Below, piece by piece: positions 32,701 through 46,533 of a DNA stretch of 64,000 nucleotides. The stretch's first letter is position 1, and each line of letters begins with the position of its first letter. This DNA comes from Bugula neritina (taxonomy: Eukaryota; Animalia; Bryozoa), in contig OZ037767.1 in assembly GCA_964035545.1 (NCBI GenBank), positions 21,158,628 through 21,222,627 on the forward strand, given 5' to 3'. The translations under genes and the position numbers were made by a program. The notes under the pieces were generated by a model. That model had not been told where the DNA came from. It was given only the letters and a program-made list of their open reading frames with translations, and ran no database searches.

Positions 32701-35700
32701 GTTTGGTAGCCGGATCCTTGCACATGCCCACATCGAGAATATTCAATCCAATCTTGGCCAACAACAAAGCCTCGTCCTGAATGAATTCAATGAACAGTAT
32801 AAACAAGTCAGCTGTTAAAAACGGAAATATTACAAATATGTTTGAAAGTTTAGCAGGACTGGTGACTTAAAAAATAGTATAATAGTATCATATATTGGTG
32901 GCAACGTATTACTCATATGATATTACTAGCATTGAATTGCACTAGCGATAAAAACAATGTTAAGAAATACCTCCTTAGGACTAAAGCTTGACCTCAGAGT
33001 TCGCAAGTTTCTTATTGCGTCACGATCTTTGTCATCTTTAAACCTTCGGGCTTCATATCTCTGCTTCCTGAGGCGAAACCAAGCAACATTAAATAATTCA
33101 CCCAGTAAGAATAGATATGACGCACAATAAAACCAATGATGTAGAATAATAAATTTATACCTCATCACAAGAGCTGTACTACATAACAGTGAATAGGGTA
33201 AAGTTATTATTGCAGAGTGAATAGTATAGAGTGAACAGTATAGTGAACAGTATAGAGTGAGTAGCATAGATTGTGTAGCATAAAGTGAGTAGTACAGAGT
33301 GAATAGCGTGGAGTTAATAATATAAAGTGAATAGTATAGAGTAAATAGTATAGTGAGCAGTATAGAGTGAGTATTGTAGAGTGAGTAGTATAGAGTGAGT
33401 AGTGTAGAGTGAGTAGTATAGAGTGAATAGTAAATAGTAAGTAGTGTAGAGTGAGTAGTATAGAGTGAGTAGTGTAGAGTGAGTAGTATAGAGTGAGTAG
33501 TGTAGAGTGAGTAGTGTAGAGTGAGTAGTGCAGAGTGAGTAGTGTAGAGTGAGTAGTGTAGAGTGAGTAGTATAGAATGAATAGTAAATAGTGAGTAGTG
33601 TAGAGTGAGTAGTATAGGGTGAGTAGTGTAGAGTGAGTAGTGTAGAGTGAGTAGTGTAGAGTGAGTAGTGCAGAGTTAATAGCAGTATAGAGTGAGTAGT
33701 ATAGAGTGAGTAGTGTAGAGTGAGTAGTGTAGAGTGAGTAGAATAGAGTGAGTAGTGAAGCAATCACCTCCTTTTTGAGGGTGAAGTGTTGGATAGCCCA
33801 ACTTTTCTCTTCTTCCTCATATAAGGCAGCTGATCGACCGCAACTCTCTTTTCCCGATTCAAAGCTTTGCTGATCTTGTGAAGAGCAGGAGACAGGCTAG
33901 AACGTTGCGCTACAGACACCAGTGTTGGCTTTACCACAACTTTAGTAGCCGGCACCTGTAAACATGTAATATGCTAAGGTATAATGCTTTGCCAAGGTGA
34001 AGTGCTATGCTAAGGTATGGTGCTATGCTAAGGTATAATGCTATGCTAAGGTATAGTGCTATGCTAAGGTATAGTGCTATGCTAAGGTATAGTGCTATAC
34101 CAAGAGGAAGTGCTATGCTATGGTGCAGGCTAGTGACTAGTTATTAGACTTGCCTTTACAGGGTGTTGATTATCTGATGTAGACAGTTTGACAGCCGGTT
34201 TGCTAGCAGAACGTAGAAGAGGGTTGGGCACCATTTTTTCAAGACTAGAATGCCATTGCCTGCAAACACAGAGCAAAGGATCAACAAAGACAAAACAGGC
34301 GGGAGTCCTGGCATACACCCACAACACATGTTCTGTAGCTCAGCAATACTCTAGCTTATGTTTATTAATCATTAAGAATAGTCTACCAGATGCTAAAACA
34401 TATTACAGAGATATATTATTAAATTGAATAGACACCAAGTATAAAGCAAGGAAAAATACCTGGAGAGATTGGAGAAGAAAAGGGTGTCTAGACCACCCCC
34501 TCCTTTTCCATCACCGGGTATACGCATCTCTTGAACCTCGGCTAACGATTTGGGGTTAACATACTCTCTCATGGTGGAATTTCTAGAAAACAATACATAT
34601 TCAGATCATGTAATAAAGTTGTATAACTTGTATATTTAAAAAAAAACACACTATATTGCATAGTAAAATAAAATACAATGCAGTAAAATAACAAATAATG
34701 TAGTATAGTGCAGTAATGTAAACATAGAGTGTAGTAATATACACAATACTACTGTAGTAATATGACATGTCACATAGTGATATAAACATATAGCGTAGCA
34801 ATATAAACATATAGCGTAATAATATAAACATATAGTGTAGTACCATAACATGTCACATAGTAATATAAACATGTCATGCACGGTAGTAATATAAGCATAT
34901 AGTATAGTAATATAAACATATAGCGTAGTAATATAAACGTATAGCATAGTAATTTAAACATATAGTGTAGTAAACAGTACTAACCTTAATATATCAATAC
35001 GCTGAGGCTCCACCTCCTCCAACGACTTGGGGGCATCTCGGGCTTCCTTTTTAAGTGGCGTACTTGTGCATATGTTCTGCAACGTCACCCAGTAATTATC
35101 AACAGCGTCAGCGCCCTCAGTCATTCGGAAAGGTAAAGTTAGCCTCTCTACTTGCTCTTTCGTATGCTGTTCTAAAACACCATTGCACTACTATGTAGTC
35201 ATAACTAACTGCAGTACTGTAACGTAACACACTTCAATCTATATTCTTTCTAACCGGCACACAATAGCCTATAGCACTGCTAGGTAACACTCACAGAGTA
35301 ACACATAACACTGTCAGGTAACACACTAACCACTTAGGAGGCCTCCTGATGTATCAACAATAACCGCCGTCTGATGAACATATATCAAGCTGATTTCTCT
35401 GAAAGTCCTGCCACCTTCTACTTTCGATACGTTAGAAACGAGTCCCATCATACACAGGAGGGAAATGCTGTCACGCAGTGACGCTATGTACCGCCTGCAA
35501 ATATTCACAAGTTATATGTCATAGTGCAACATAAACGATGTCACAACATGCCCAGAATAAGGTGGCCTTTCTGTAAAACTGTTGCAATTTGTGTAAAAGC
35601 ACAATAGACTATGTAACCAGTGAGTTGAAGAGTTGCGTTACCACATGTATCGAGAGTGAAATCAGACAAGAAATGATACTTCAAGGCAGGTACAGTTGAA

Positions 35701-38700
35701 ATAGCTGCTCCCATGGCAAATATTTGAGAAATTATCAAGTAATCTATAAAATATGATATTTTTATTGTTCAACTGATGCAGCACACTAGATTTGCAGCCT
35801 TCACAGTAAACAACTCAACTGGAAAATACCTCTTACGAAAAAGAGCTGCCTGCATCTCCATATTCAAGTACTTGACAGGAATCAGCCTCTTTATGGGATC
35901 ATTTAAATATTCTATTATAGATGGCACTCTGAATGGTACCCTCACTAAAATGAGGAACAACACCAGGGGGAGCTGCGTGCCAAGGTGTAGAATGTTAGCT
36001 ATACCTACAAAAGCAAAAGTTTTACTTAGTATACACACATTAAGGATACAGCCAAAGACATTTCCTTTCCTTAAAAAATAAACCAAGTTTTAACGCAGAT
36101 ACTCATAAAACCTTCATTGCTAGCAGATAAGTTCAAAATAGTCCAACCGTTACCGAGACTACCATTCAACACATCTGCTAGATTTCTATACATCTACTAT
36201 AGTTCTACACATCTACTATAGCTCTACACATCTGCTAGAGTTCTAAACGTCTGCTACAGTTCTATACATCTGCTAGAGCTCTATATGTCTGCTAGAGTTC
36301 TACACATTTGCTACAGTTCTATACATCTGCTACAGTCCTACACATTTGCTAGAATTCTATACGTCTGCAGACAAACCTGGAGTAGGATCATCAGGACAAA
36401 GAGATGTAGGAGGCAGAAATCTTCTCCAATCCTCTGTGTCAAGATACACTGTTAGTTTATCTGTATCACTTGTAGAGAGCATCTTTTCACTGCTATCTTC
36501 TGTCTGCTCTTTTAAACCTGTTTGACCTGCCAAAGCGCATTACTAAGGTGTATGACTAAGGTATGTTAATATGGTGTATTACTAGGATGTGTTACTACGG
36601 TGCATTACCATGATGTATTACTATGGTGTATTACTACTGTGTATTACTAAATAATTAGCATACCTTCATAGTTGTAGATGAGATAACACAGAAACTTGTG
36701 TAATGTTTCCAGTCTCTTCATCTTAGGTGCAAAACCGTACACCTTACTACACATCTTAGTGTTGAAAGCCTCCATCGCATTCAGCTTTCTAGCAGCTTCC
36801 TCTGCTTCCTTCAATTTCTCCTGCACTTTCGGCTTCGGCTTGATTTCTACCAGACACCACATCTTTTTATACCACAGTAACCCACTAGGCACACACCCGT
36901 ACTCACTACTATTACTGTCACTAGATACTCACTACTACTATCACTAGATACTCACTACTACTACTGTTACTAGATACTCACTACTATTTCTGTCACTAGA
37001 TACTCACTACTACTGTTACTAGATACTCACTACTATTACTGTCACTAGATACTCACTACTACTATCACTAGATACTCACTACTACTGTTACTAGATACTC
37101 ACTACTACTATCACTACATACTCACTACTACTATCACTACATACTCACTACTATTGCTGTCACTAGATACTCACTACTACTGTTACTACATCCTCACTAC
37201 TATTACTGTCACTATATATTCACAACTACTGTTACTACATCCTCACTACTATTACTGTCACTATATATTCACAACTACTGTTACTACATCCTCACTACTA
37301 TTACTGTCACTATATATTCACAACTACTGTTACTACATCCTCACTACTATTACTGTCACTATATATTCACAAATGTTACTATATACTCGCTACTAGTGTC
37401 AGCAAAAGCACACATGGTCATTTAAGGGCAGTAATAAGTAAAATATATAAATATGCTACCTTCCTATCTACCAGTCATAGTGGATACTGAAGAGACACAG
37501 AAATGATGCTGTACAAAGAAAATGAAACAAAGCAGATGAACATTTTAATACTTATATACAGCAACCCTCCGACTAGTGGTAGATACTTACGTTGCTAAAC
37601 AGTAACACATTTATAAATTGAAACATATAATGTTACCAGATAGCAAAATGCTTACCATTATCCAGTTTTGTTCGGTGGAAATTAGATGCAAGTTCGGATT
37701 TCTGGGCCTCAAGACTTGACTGCATCAATGAGTCTTCTAAAGTCATGTTTGGCTCACAAACATAGTAGAGATCTCGGACTTTTGACTCAACACGTACTGT
37801 GGTCTTGAGTATCTTTATCTTATCTGTAGAACACACTTCATTTACCATATATGGTATAGAATACAAAACTCTCCATATAAGGCAATCTGCAGTATGATAT
37901 GCGTTAACAAATCCAAAAGTACTCCACAAATAAAATATGTCTAGCTGATATAAGCCTACACAGGCGCAATCACACACCAACCTACCCACACACCCGCATA
38001 TATACACACACCTACCCACACACCCGCGCACATACACATATATGTACTACATATACATGTCAATGGCGCTCACGTTTTCAATATAAACTAAACCTACTTT
38101 CATTATGTAAAGCTTCACATCGTCTTCTTAATGTCTTCCTGTCTATGGTTGTATCATACTTATCTGCCTCAGACGCCAGCACCAGCTTGTACAAGTCTAC
38201 ATCAGATTATCTCGTAATTACTAGTAGTAATAGTAGTAGCAGTAGTAGCAGTAGTAGCAGTAGTAGTAGTAGTGAAAGTAGTAGTAGTAGTAGTATCAGT
38301 AGTAGTAGTATCAGTAGTAGCAGTAGCAGTAGCAGTAGTAGTAGTAGTGAAAGTAGTAGTAGTAGTAGTAGTAGTATCAGTAGTAGTAGTAGCAGCAGCA
38401 GTAGTAGTAGCCATTGAAAAGCTAACCTGGCATTAATATAAGTCGATAGTGTGAGGCAAAGTTGACAATGATTTCATTGCGCTCAATGGTTTTGTTGGTG
38501 ACGTTTGTAATACCCCCGCCTTTCGAGTGGCTTCTTCTTAAAGAATTGGCTAAAGCAGAAGTAGAAATTATTGTGAGACCTATGAAGCCAGTCAATACAT
38601 GGCTGATACACAGCAAAAGTTTTCTGTCTGGTATACACCGGTATAAACTCTCTCTACACAGTTTACACTCTCTCTACACAGTATACACTCTCTCTCTACA

Positions 38701-41700
38701 CAGTTCACACTCTCTCTACACAGTATACACTCCTTCTATACAGTATACACTCTCTCTCTACACAGTATGCACTCTCTCTATACAGTATTAACTCTCTCTA
38801 AACAGTATGCACTCTCTCTACACAGTATAAACTCTTACTACACAGTTTACACTCTCTCTACACAGTATACACTCTCTACACAATATACACTCCTTCTATA
38901 CAGTATGCACTCTCTCTACACAGTATGCACTCTCTCTACACAGTATAAACTCTTACTACACAGTTTACACTCTCTCTACACAGTATACACTCTTTCTACA
39001 CAGTATAAACTCTCTCTATACAGTTTACACTCTCTACACAGTATACACTCCTTCTATACAGTATGCACTTTCTCTACACAGTTTACACTCTCTCTACATA
39101 GTATACACTGTCTCTATACAATATACAAAAGCATGCAATCAATAAAGTTAAGCACCAGAATTACCTGGGGCATGTTGTTCAGACTTGTTGGGCAAACCAT
39201 CGGACGTGTTTGGAGTTGTTCTTTTCCTACTGGCATCAGTAGTGCCAGATTTGTGATGGGCAGCGTATTGAGAAGAGCACACTCTCTCTACTTTCTGTCT
39301 CTTCACATCAGCATAGAAGCAGTGGAAAGCTGGGTTCTTCACCAAGTATTTCATAATTTGACGGGCTTGTAGTGAGTGCAAATTGAATGTTTCTCTCATC
39401 TACACATCAACAAAGTTCTAAAGCTAAAATAGTACTAAACACTTTCATATTTCCTTGCCCAACACAAGAAAAGCTCTCGTTTATACACACCTTCGCTTTA
39501 CTAGTCCCGCTAGGGCCTAGGCGTTCCATCCAGTCTTTGATTTGCACCAAGTAGGGAACGTTGGGCTGTAGAGCCTGTGGGGTCATGACTTCTAACGTAG
39601 ACTCATCTCCAACTTCTTCTTCTGCTGCTTCTTCTGCTGCTGTGGCTTCCTCCACACTGAATAAAGAAAGAGTAAGACCACAAGCTAACAATAGATCATG
39701 GCACTGCACTGCAAAACTAGGGCCACAGGCTAGTAGGAAATCATTAAACAAAAAAGCCAGGTTTCCTGCTGATAATGAGTAGAACTGGGAGAACTTATCG
39801 TGAAAAATATTTTGGAATAAAATTTGTTTGACAACTTGAAATCTTTCCTTTCTATAAACAAGAGGAACTGGTTTAAAAGCAGTAACACTAACAAGTGACA
39901 CCCAGACCTTGGTTCTACATGCCCGTAGGTATTAGTCTAAGGGCAGCCAGCAGGATTAGTGTAGACTCTAGGGGCAGGTCACAGTTCATAGACTTAACAA
40001 CAGACACTTACGTCTGCAAAAGTGTCACAAACAGCACATTTCTAGTTTCCTGTTTCTTTTTCTTTGGTGGTGGAGGTTTCTCTAATGAGTTTGCTTCATT
40101 ATCAGAGAGAGTAGTATCTAAAACCGTAACCAATAGCAACATGTAAACAAAGACTGCAATATACCTCCAGTAACCAATAGTTACATGTAAACAAAAAATG
40201 CAATGTACCTCCAGTAAACAAAGAAAATATCTACAAATACAAACCCATGATTTCTTCCTCAGAAGTCTTTTCTTCTGCTTTTATCACCGATTCTAAAACA
40301 CAACAGCAAGAATGTTGTGATGTGATGCTGAACTGACATGATGGGAGAAATAATACATAGGGTAAAGTACACAGTGAATAGTAGAAAGCACATACTTTAT
40401 AGCACATGTGTCTAGTATATACTACATAGTGTATAGTACATATACACAGCATATAGTACCTAGTATATAGTACATATTAGGTAGTATATAATACATGCTA
40501 TATATTAAATTACAGAGTATATAGTAGATAGTAAATATTATAAATTACACAATAATACATGCATCTATGAATAGGGAAAGAAAGACACTAGATCATTATA
40601 GAAATTATAAAACCGAAAGTAACATGACATCTACACAACAGCCACACATAACGTTTTCACAACAGACACTCATATATTTGTATATAACATTTGTATATTA
40701 CAATCATATATTACACTCTTATATTACAATTATATATGATCGAATGTAATATTACAATCATATATTACACTCCTATACTGCAATCATATATTACACTATT
40801 ATATTGCAATCATACGTTACACTTCTATATTACACTTCTATATTGCAATCTTATATTACAATCTTATATTACACTCTTATACTACAATCATATGTTACAC
40901 TCTTATATCACAATCATATATTACACTCTCATATTACAATCAAATATTACCGAATGTAATATTACAATCATATGTTACACTCTTATATCACAATCATATA
41001 TTACACTCTCATATTACAATCATATATTACACTCTTATATTAAAATCATATATTACACTCTTATATTACAGTCATATATTACCGAATGTAATATCGTCTG
41101 CAAGAATATCCTCAGAAGACACTCGTTTATATGATAACTCAAAGAACTGACTTTTGCCTTTCAACATTCTAAAACAAACCCACATACAGCAAATATATAT
41201 TCATGTATAACTAGATGTACATGGCACAAGAAAGAAATGTTGTAAAACTTAAATTAGACTCACTTGTGTAATCGCTTCCTGCTAACTTTGATGTCTAGAC
41301 AGAGTTTAGTCATATACTGGCGTCTGCCTGGCTGAGTCAGCAAATATCTAACAAAATATAGTGTATGATATGTACAGTATACATTATATATAGTGTATGA
41401 TATGTACAGTATAAGTTGTATATAGTGCATGATATGTACAGTATAAGTTATATATAGTATAAGATACGCACAGTATAAGTTGTATATAGTGTGTGATACG
41501 TACAGTATAAGTTGTATATAGTGTATGATATACATTACATATAGTAGACATATGCTCCACAAAGTGAATGTTATATACAATACAAATGAATATATTAAAT
41601 AGAGCATACACTAGATATTATGTACACACAGACGCATTATGTTTCAAAGTGTTACGTACGGAAGCTAAGTTTAGCATATGAGTGTACATCATACAAAGTG

Positions 41701-43709
41701 TATGTTACATAAAGTGTACGTTAGTGACACTTACTCCTCCACCTTCCTATGGTATAGATTGGAGTTGATATCCCTGGGGGTGTAAAACCTTCGCAAGTAG
41801 CAAATGTTCTCAGTGCTAGGTCTTAGTGTCTTACCAGTCCTCTTCATAACAATGTAGGAAACTTTAACAATGAGATCGTATTCAACCAGCTTTTTCCTTG
41901 CATACCTGCATGTTAAATATGAGTATATGCACATAGTATAATACTACAAACATGATATACTAAGTTATATGCTAGCAATATACACTGTATTATACTAAAG
42001 ATATCATATATCAAGTTACATGCAAGATATACGCAGTATAACTGGCGGATGACAAACTTATATTTCCATTCAACAAATAACTTCCAGCAATAACGTAATT
42101 CATAACCTAGAAAGATCAGAAACCCACCCCATTAGTCCGTGGTTTATATTAGAGTTTCCTGTTTGTTGGAGAAACATGTACGCATCACTTCCTAGAAGTC
42201 CAGTTCGCCGAGCCCTTGCAATCTGCTCCAAGTTACAGTAAATATCCTTTGTCAGTTTCGACTTTATAACTACACATAGAAAAACATAAAACTAACTGTA
42301 TCATGTAGAACTATATAGAACTAGCTGTATCATGTATAACTAACTGTATCATGTAGAACTATATAGAACTAGCTGTATCATGTAGAACTATATAGAACTA
42401 ACTGTATCATGTAGAACTATATAGAACTAGCTGTATCATGTAGAACTAGCTCTATCAAGTATAACTAGCTCTATCATGTAGAACTAGCCCTAACAGAAGA
42501 ATATAGTGATATAGCATTCGGTATCAACATACTTCGAGCATCTACTGTGTCCTGGAAAAGAAAGCGCTCTCTGGTCATTTGTGAAGCTACAATGACAAGT
42601 TTCCTTCCCCATTTTTTCACGACATCTTCATAAGTGATTAGACACTTCCTGTCTTTTGTACGAACCTATGTAATGCAGGTTACTGGTTATTGAGTAGAAA
42701 AAAGACCCATTAAGATACTGTCATTATTTGGCTGATTATCAAAGAGAAAAGTTGCTAAGTCTGCTCCACAAATTCGACAAAATTTTTTGGTCTGGTTTGA
42801 AGGAAGCTTTGCCAAGTATGAACTATGAACTTTACTTTTTTTGAACAGGCAAATGATTGGGGAAAAAGCAATAAGGTACCAGTCTTACAAATTTCACGCT
42901 ATGGTGAAAAGTAGCCTGGTGGGGAGCGTAGGATGAACAAGTAGAAATTATTTTCAGTCTTTTGGACCAAAGAGTAACCCACCTTGTTTGTAATATTGAC
43001 TCTGGTGTCATAAGTAGAGCAAGACCCCCTGTCCACTTGATTGTCAATAAAATGGCAGGGTAGTATCTGCAGAACTTTGCTCGGTGTGTAGATTTCTATC
43101 TCTGCCTCTGTAAGCTCAGCCTCCACATCTTCAAATGTTTCTCTCTCTTCCTTGAGCTCGTAGAAGTCAACCTAAAAACAGATTATAGTGAAAAACTAGT
43201 AACACAACCTAAAACAGTAAAACACAGGTTATAAAAGAAAGTCAGAGGCTAAAATAGTAAAACTACGTGTAATTGGACAATTATTAAAGAAAAATACTGT
43301 TTTGCCAAAAACTAATCCTGGAAAGGAAAAAACCTAGTTTACACAAATCTGCAGAGGCCAACATAAAGACATCCTACTTACAGTTCTCAAAACTGAAAAT
43401 AATCATTAATCATGAGTAAAATTGGCACCAGTGCTAGTAGCAACTTTGAATACCATAAATAGGTCAAAATTTCAGGTGCAAATTCAAGTGAAATGGAGGG
43501 GGGAGATCTAACATATAGAAAATAAAAATATCCGGTACCTCAGTTAACTGGACAATAATATTTTCCCACAAGTACTTTTTACTGTTACTATCAAGTGTCA
43601 GGGGAAACTTTGGTACAGTCTTGTTGAGGTAGTACCACAAAGATTCTAATGTTACTCCATCCAGACCATCCAAGGAAATCTCCTCTAATAACAGGTCTCT
43701 TAAGTCCAT
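26731..43709 (-). CDS. GTF3C1: General transcription factor IIIC subunit 1 (TFIIIC220, B-box binding), ~1818 aa, 34 coding exons
   Basis: N-term MDLRDLLLEEISLDGLDGVTLESLW; C-term PKPWLTTEGTINYP...PVALLDLLEILQDLHC. Phase-consistent exons: 43709-43539, 43171-42983, 42665-42533, 42269-42128, 41905-41735, 41347-41264, 41168-41083, 40292-40245, 40117-40012, 39656-39491, 39399-39165, 38549-38427, 38196-38098, 37823-37656, 36846-36664, 36526-36377, 36004-35830, 35494-35331, 35171-34985, 34582-34460, 34259-34154, 33955-33768, 33067-32971, 32776-32555, 32430-32173, 31538-31422, 31001-30877, 29945-29713, 29553-29413, 29322-29142, 28982-28732, 28498-28266, 27708-27529, 26952-26731. Confidence 0.92.
26948..27457. 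repeat. 15-bp minisatellite (GGTATCTACACAT..), last GTF3C1 intron
   Basis: Tandem array abutting and copying the acceptor TGTAG|ATAC. Confidence 0.95.
30048..30738. mobile_element. Non-autonomous DNA transposon (MITE), PIF/Harbinger-like TIRs, in a GTF3C1 intron
   Basis: Left GGGC-TGCCACACTACAGTTGAC..CTGTGACG versus reverse complement of right end GGGCATGACACACTACAGTCGA..CTGTGACG. Internal GCTAGTAAAT repeats at 30405-30525. TSD not clear. Confidence 0.7.
30994..31312. repeat. 32-bp minisatellite x10 spanning a GTF3C1 acceptor
   Basis: Unit TTCAAACACCTGCCAATCACAGTCATAGCATA, period 32. Confidence 0.95.
33210..33760. repeat. 15-bp minisatellite (AGAGTGAGTAGTGT), GTF3C1 intron
   Basis: Direct tandem array. 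Confidence 0.92.
36900..37395. repeat. 21-24-bp minisatellite (CTAGATACTCACTACTA..), GTF3C1 intron
   Basis: Direct tandem array with higher-order 45-bp repeat in distal half. Confidence 0.9.
38220..38410. repeat. (AGT)n microsatellite, GTF3C1 intron
   Basis: Direct tandem array. Confidence 0.93.
38635..39130. repeat. ~20-bp minisatellite (TACACAGTATACACTCTCTC), GTF3C1 intron
   Basis: Direct tandem array. Confidence 0.9.
40690..41095. repeat. ~27-bp minisatellite (ATATTACAATCATATATTACACTCTT) abutting a GTF3C1 donor
   Basis: Tandem array; some units carry the exon-end sequence CCGAATGTAATAT. Confidence 0.88.
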
Positions 43710-44039
43710 CTACACTTCACTTTCAGACAATCACTGCATTATAAAAGATGAAACACTTGAGTCAAGGTATTTCAATTTCAAATAAGAATGATGATATGTC
43801 ATTAGCTAATGGCTGAGCCTTTGTAACTGAGTACTAATGGTAATACTAGTGAATACTGATGCAGTAAATACTTGAAGTTAATAATAATTATATTCAATTT
43901 TATATGGCAGTTGAGGTAAGATGTGATTGAGCCGGGTGGCATTAGGAATCATTGAGATACTGATGGCCTAATAGAAACAGTAAATCTAAAAACATGCCGA
44001 ATGAATAGTTTTGATTTCAGTATAATCTCAAGTCATGCT

Positions 44040-44556
44040 GATGCAAAGATCATCATTCTGCAGGCTTGTTGCTCCGAAAGATCATTAGTCCAAAAATATT
44101 TGCCTATACGAACTAACTGAAACAAGTTGTTGTTCAGATCCCGCCAGAATATATTATTACAATAGAAGTAGAATAGCTTTTAAAATCATTGATACTATTG
44201 CACAGCTTTTTTGTAATTATGCTTTACTATGAATGGGAATTTATAAATAAAGCTTTTTTTGCCATCATAATTGCATACATATATACTGAGCTTAATGCAA
44301 TTTGGAATTTATGCAGAATTTTTAATGCCAAGTTATATAATTTGTTCTGGACAGTAATGCAAAAAGTGAAAAGCTCAAAAATAAAAATAGAGCACTAGCA
44401 AATGATTGTTCAAGTGAAAACATTACGTTACTTTTTTTGCCAATTGTAATACAACACATATAGGCATAAAAAACAAAACCAAAAACAGTTTTATTTTATT
44501 ACATAACCACATTTGGAGCAATGGACTTTCAGACTAATGGGCCTTCGGAATATTGA
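44040..44556. mobile_element. Degenerate MITE-like element with inverted subterminal repeats
   Basis: CCGAAAGATCATTAGTCC (~44074) versus inverted GACTAATGGGCCTTCGG (~44532). Confidence 0.4.
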
Positions 44557-45099
44557 CTAGTCACCTGATGCAACTGGCACTGCAAAAAGTAAAATTAAAA
44601 TAAATAACATTGTCTTTAACTTGAGTAATAATCATAATTATATTTATTATTAGAAACTCTTTCTTAAAGTGTAGTTTTAATATAATAATACTATAAGTAT
44701 AATACTATAAATAATATTTATTTATATTAGATAATCTTTACTAATAATATTAATTCACTAAATTAAAATAAATAAATTAAAATAGAATGATAATCATAAT
44801 GATATTCATTAAACGTATACTCTTTGTGAGTGTCTGAGCAAGATGAAGTAGGTTGTAGACGCTGATAGTTTATTAGATGCCTGTTAATAAATAGGGCTCA
44901 GGCATAGCCCTTTACTGTTTACAAGTTAGTATGATTATCAATATCACAATCGTAATGGTAATTATAAAATTACAATTTAAAATTAATATGCACAATAATT
45001 ATAATATCAACATTCTTACTAATAGTAATACTAATACTAATAGTTATAGTAAATCACTAAATGTAATACAATATGAATATGAATATATATTTAGTTTTA

Positions 45100-45715
45100 T
45101 ATTATTATTATAATTACCTCCAATTACCTCCAGATTACGATCATGCTAGACCACTAGGTAGCAGAAGCGGCATGCCTCATATGTTTATGGTTGGTCAGAA
45201 AGTAAAATGCATACAATAGTCCATAAATTGGTTGCAGTGTGTGTTGCAATATTGTTTATTAGTACAGGTAAGTTAACCTGTCAATGTTTAGATTATTCTG
45301 TGTGTAAATTAGTCTTGCAAGGATTGTTCCCTTTAAGGTCACGGATTGTTCGTGGCAAGAAGCTGTTATAATAGCAGTTATTATTGGTGCTGACTGATCT
45401 TGGCTGTCCTAGTGTTTGGGCCCTAGTTTGGATAAAACTTTCCGGGGTATTTATTAGTTCGTCATACGCTGCAGAGAGTGCTGGGTGATATTCTTCCTTT
45501 TGGAGTATCCTCATAAGGAGTCTTAGCCGTTGAGTTCTTCTTCTTTCATCGAGGGCGGCCAGCTCCAGTCTTTCTTTTGCTTCTCGCACTCCTCTTCTAC
45601 CTTTGATGTTAGCTATGGCTCTTACTGCCCGTGTTTGTACCTCTTCGATGGAATTTATTTCTTTTGTAGTGTAGGGGTCCCAAACAGCAGAGGCATAGAC
45701 TAGGTGAGGAAGGCA
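45100..45715 (-). mobile_element. 5'-truncated LINE (L2/CR1 group): RT C-terminus plus 3'UTR and short-repeat tail
   Basis: Open frame LPHLVYASAVWDPY...IEEVQTRAVR...RRRTQRL...NSFLPRTIRDL (stop at 45293). 3' end GGAGGTAATT x2 followed by (TAA)n. Confidence 0.88.
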
Positions 45716-46533
45716 ATAATTTATTATAATTACTATTAAATAAATAACCATGTTATAAATTAAAATATCATTATTCATTATATTTATAATTTAAATTTAT
45801 AAATTAAAATGTGATAAAATAATTATTACTTACAGTTTGAGTTTGAGTTAAACTTAAAGTTAATGTTATTGTTATACTTATAGTTGATACTTAAACTTTA
45901 CTTATCAAATTAAAATTATATAATGATAAATATCAATTTCAGATTTAATCGGCAAATCTAAATTTTCTTATAGTAACTAGCAAATCAATAAATTTATGAT
46001 ATAAATCACCCGAGTTAAGGTGATAAAAAACTCAATGCGATCGTTATTAGTTGAGTATCACCTTGATCAATTGTTCAAAGTGATCGTTGGTTCTATAGCA
46101 TTAGTTCTCAAAGTATTGTGAATAGGTGAGTGATGCTGTTCAAATATTACAGCAAATCATAACGCTTAATTTGGCTAGCGCACCAATGAGAGATATCAAG
46201 CATGAGAGAATGCTAAATATGACAGATGTTGTTAAAATATGTTTATAAGCAGCTCTGAGTTGGTGGTGATTGAGTGCACTAGTTAGCAATTCTCAATTTT
46301 AATGTTTGGGATACCAAGTTCTAATCTATAACGCCAACTTCAAGCTCTAGAAACGCAAGCTACTGCACTTAGCCACTCCCAACTTGGAGCTGCTTGTAAA
46401 ATCATTCGTGTTGTTACGAAACCTTTTACAATAATTTAAAGCACCCATCTCGCTAACCTTACGAATTTTCATAACAAATTATTCCAGATGTAAACTTTTA
46501 CATGTTACATAACACTTCAGCATCAAATTTAAA

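Noticed and set aside
45716-45778. Met-initiated start of the 161-aa ORF as a domesticated gene
   Set aside because: N-terminal residues come from AT-rich low-complexity flank fused by chance to a truncated LINE
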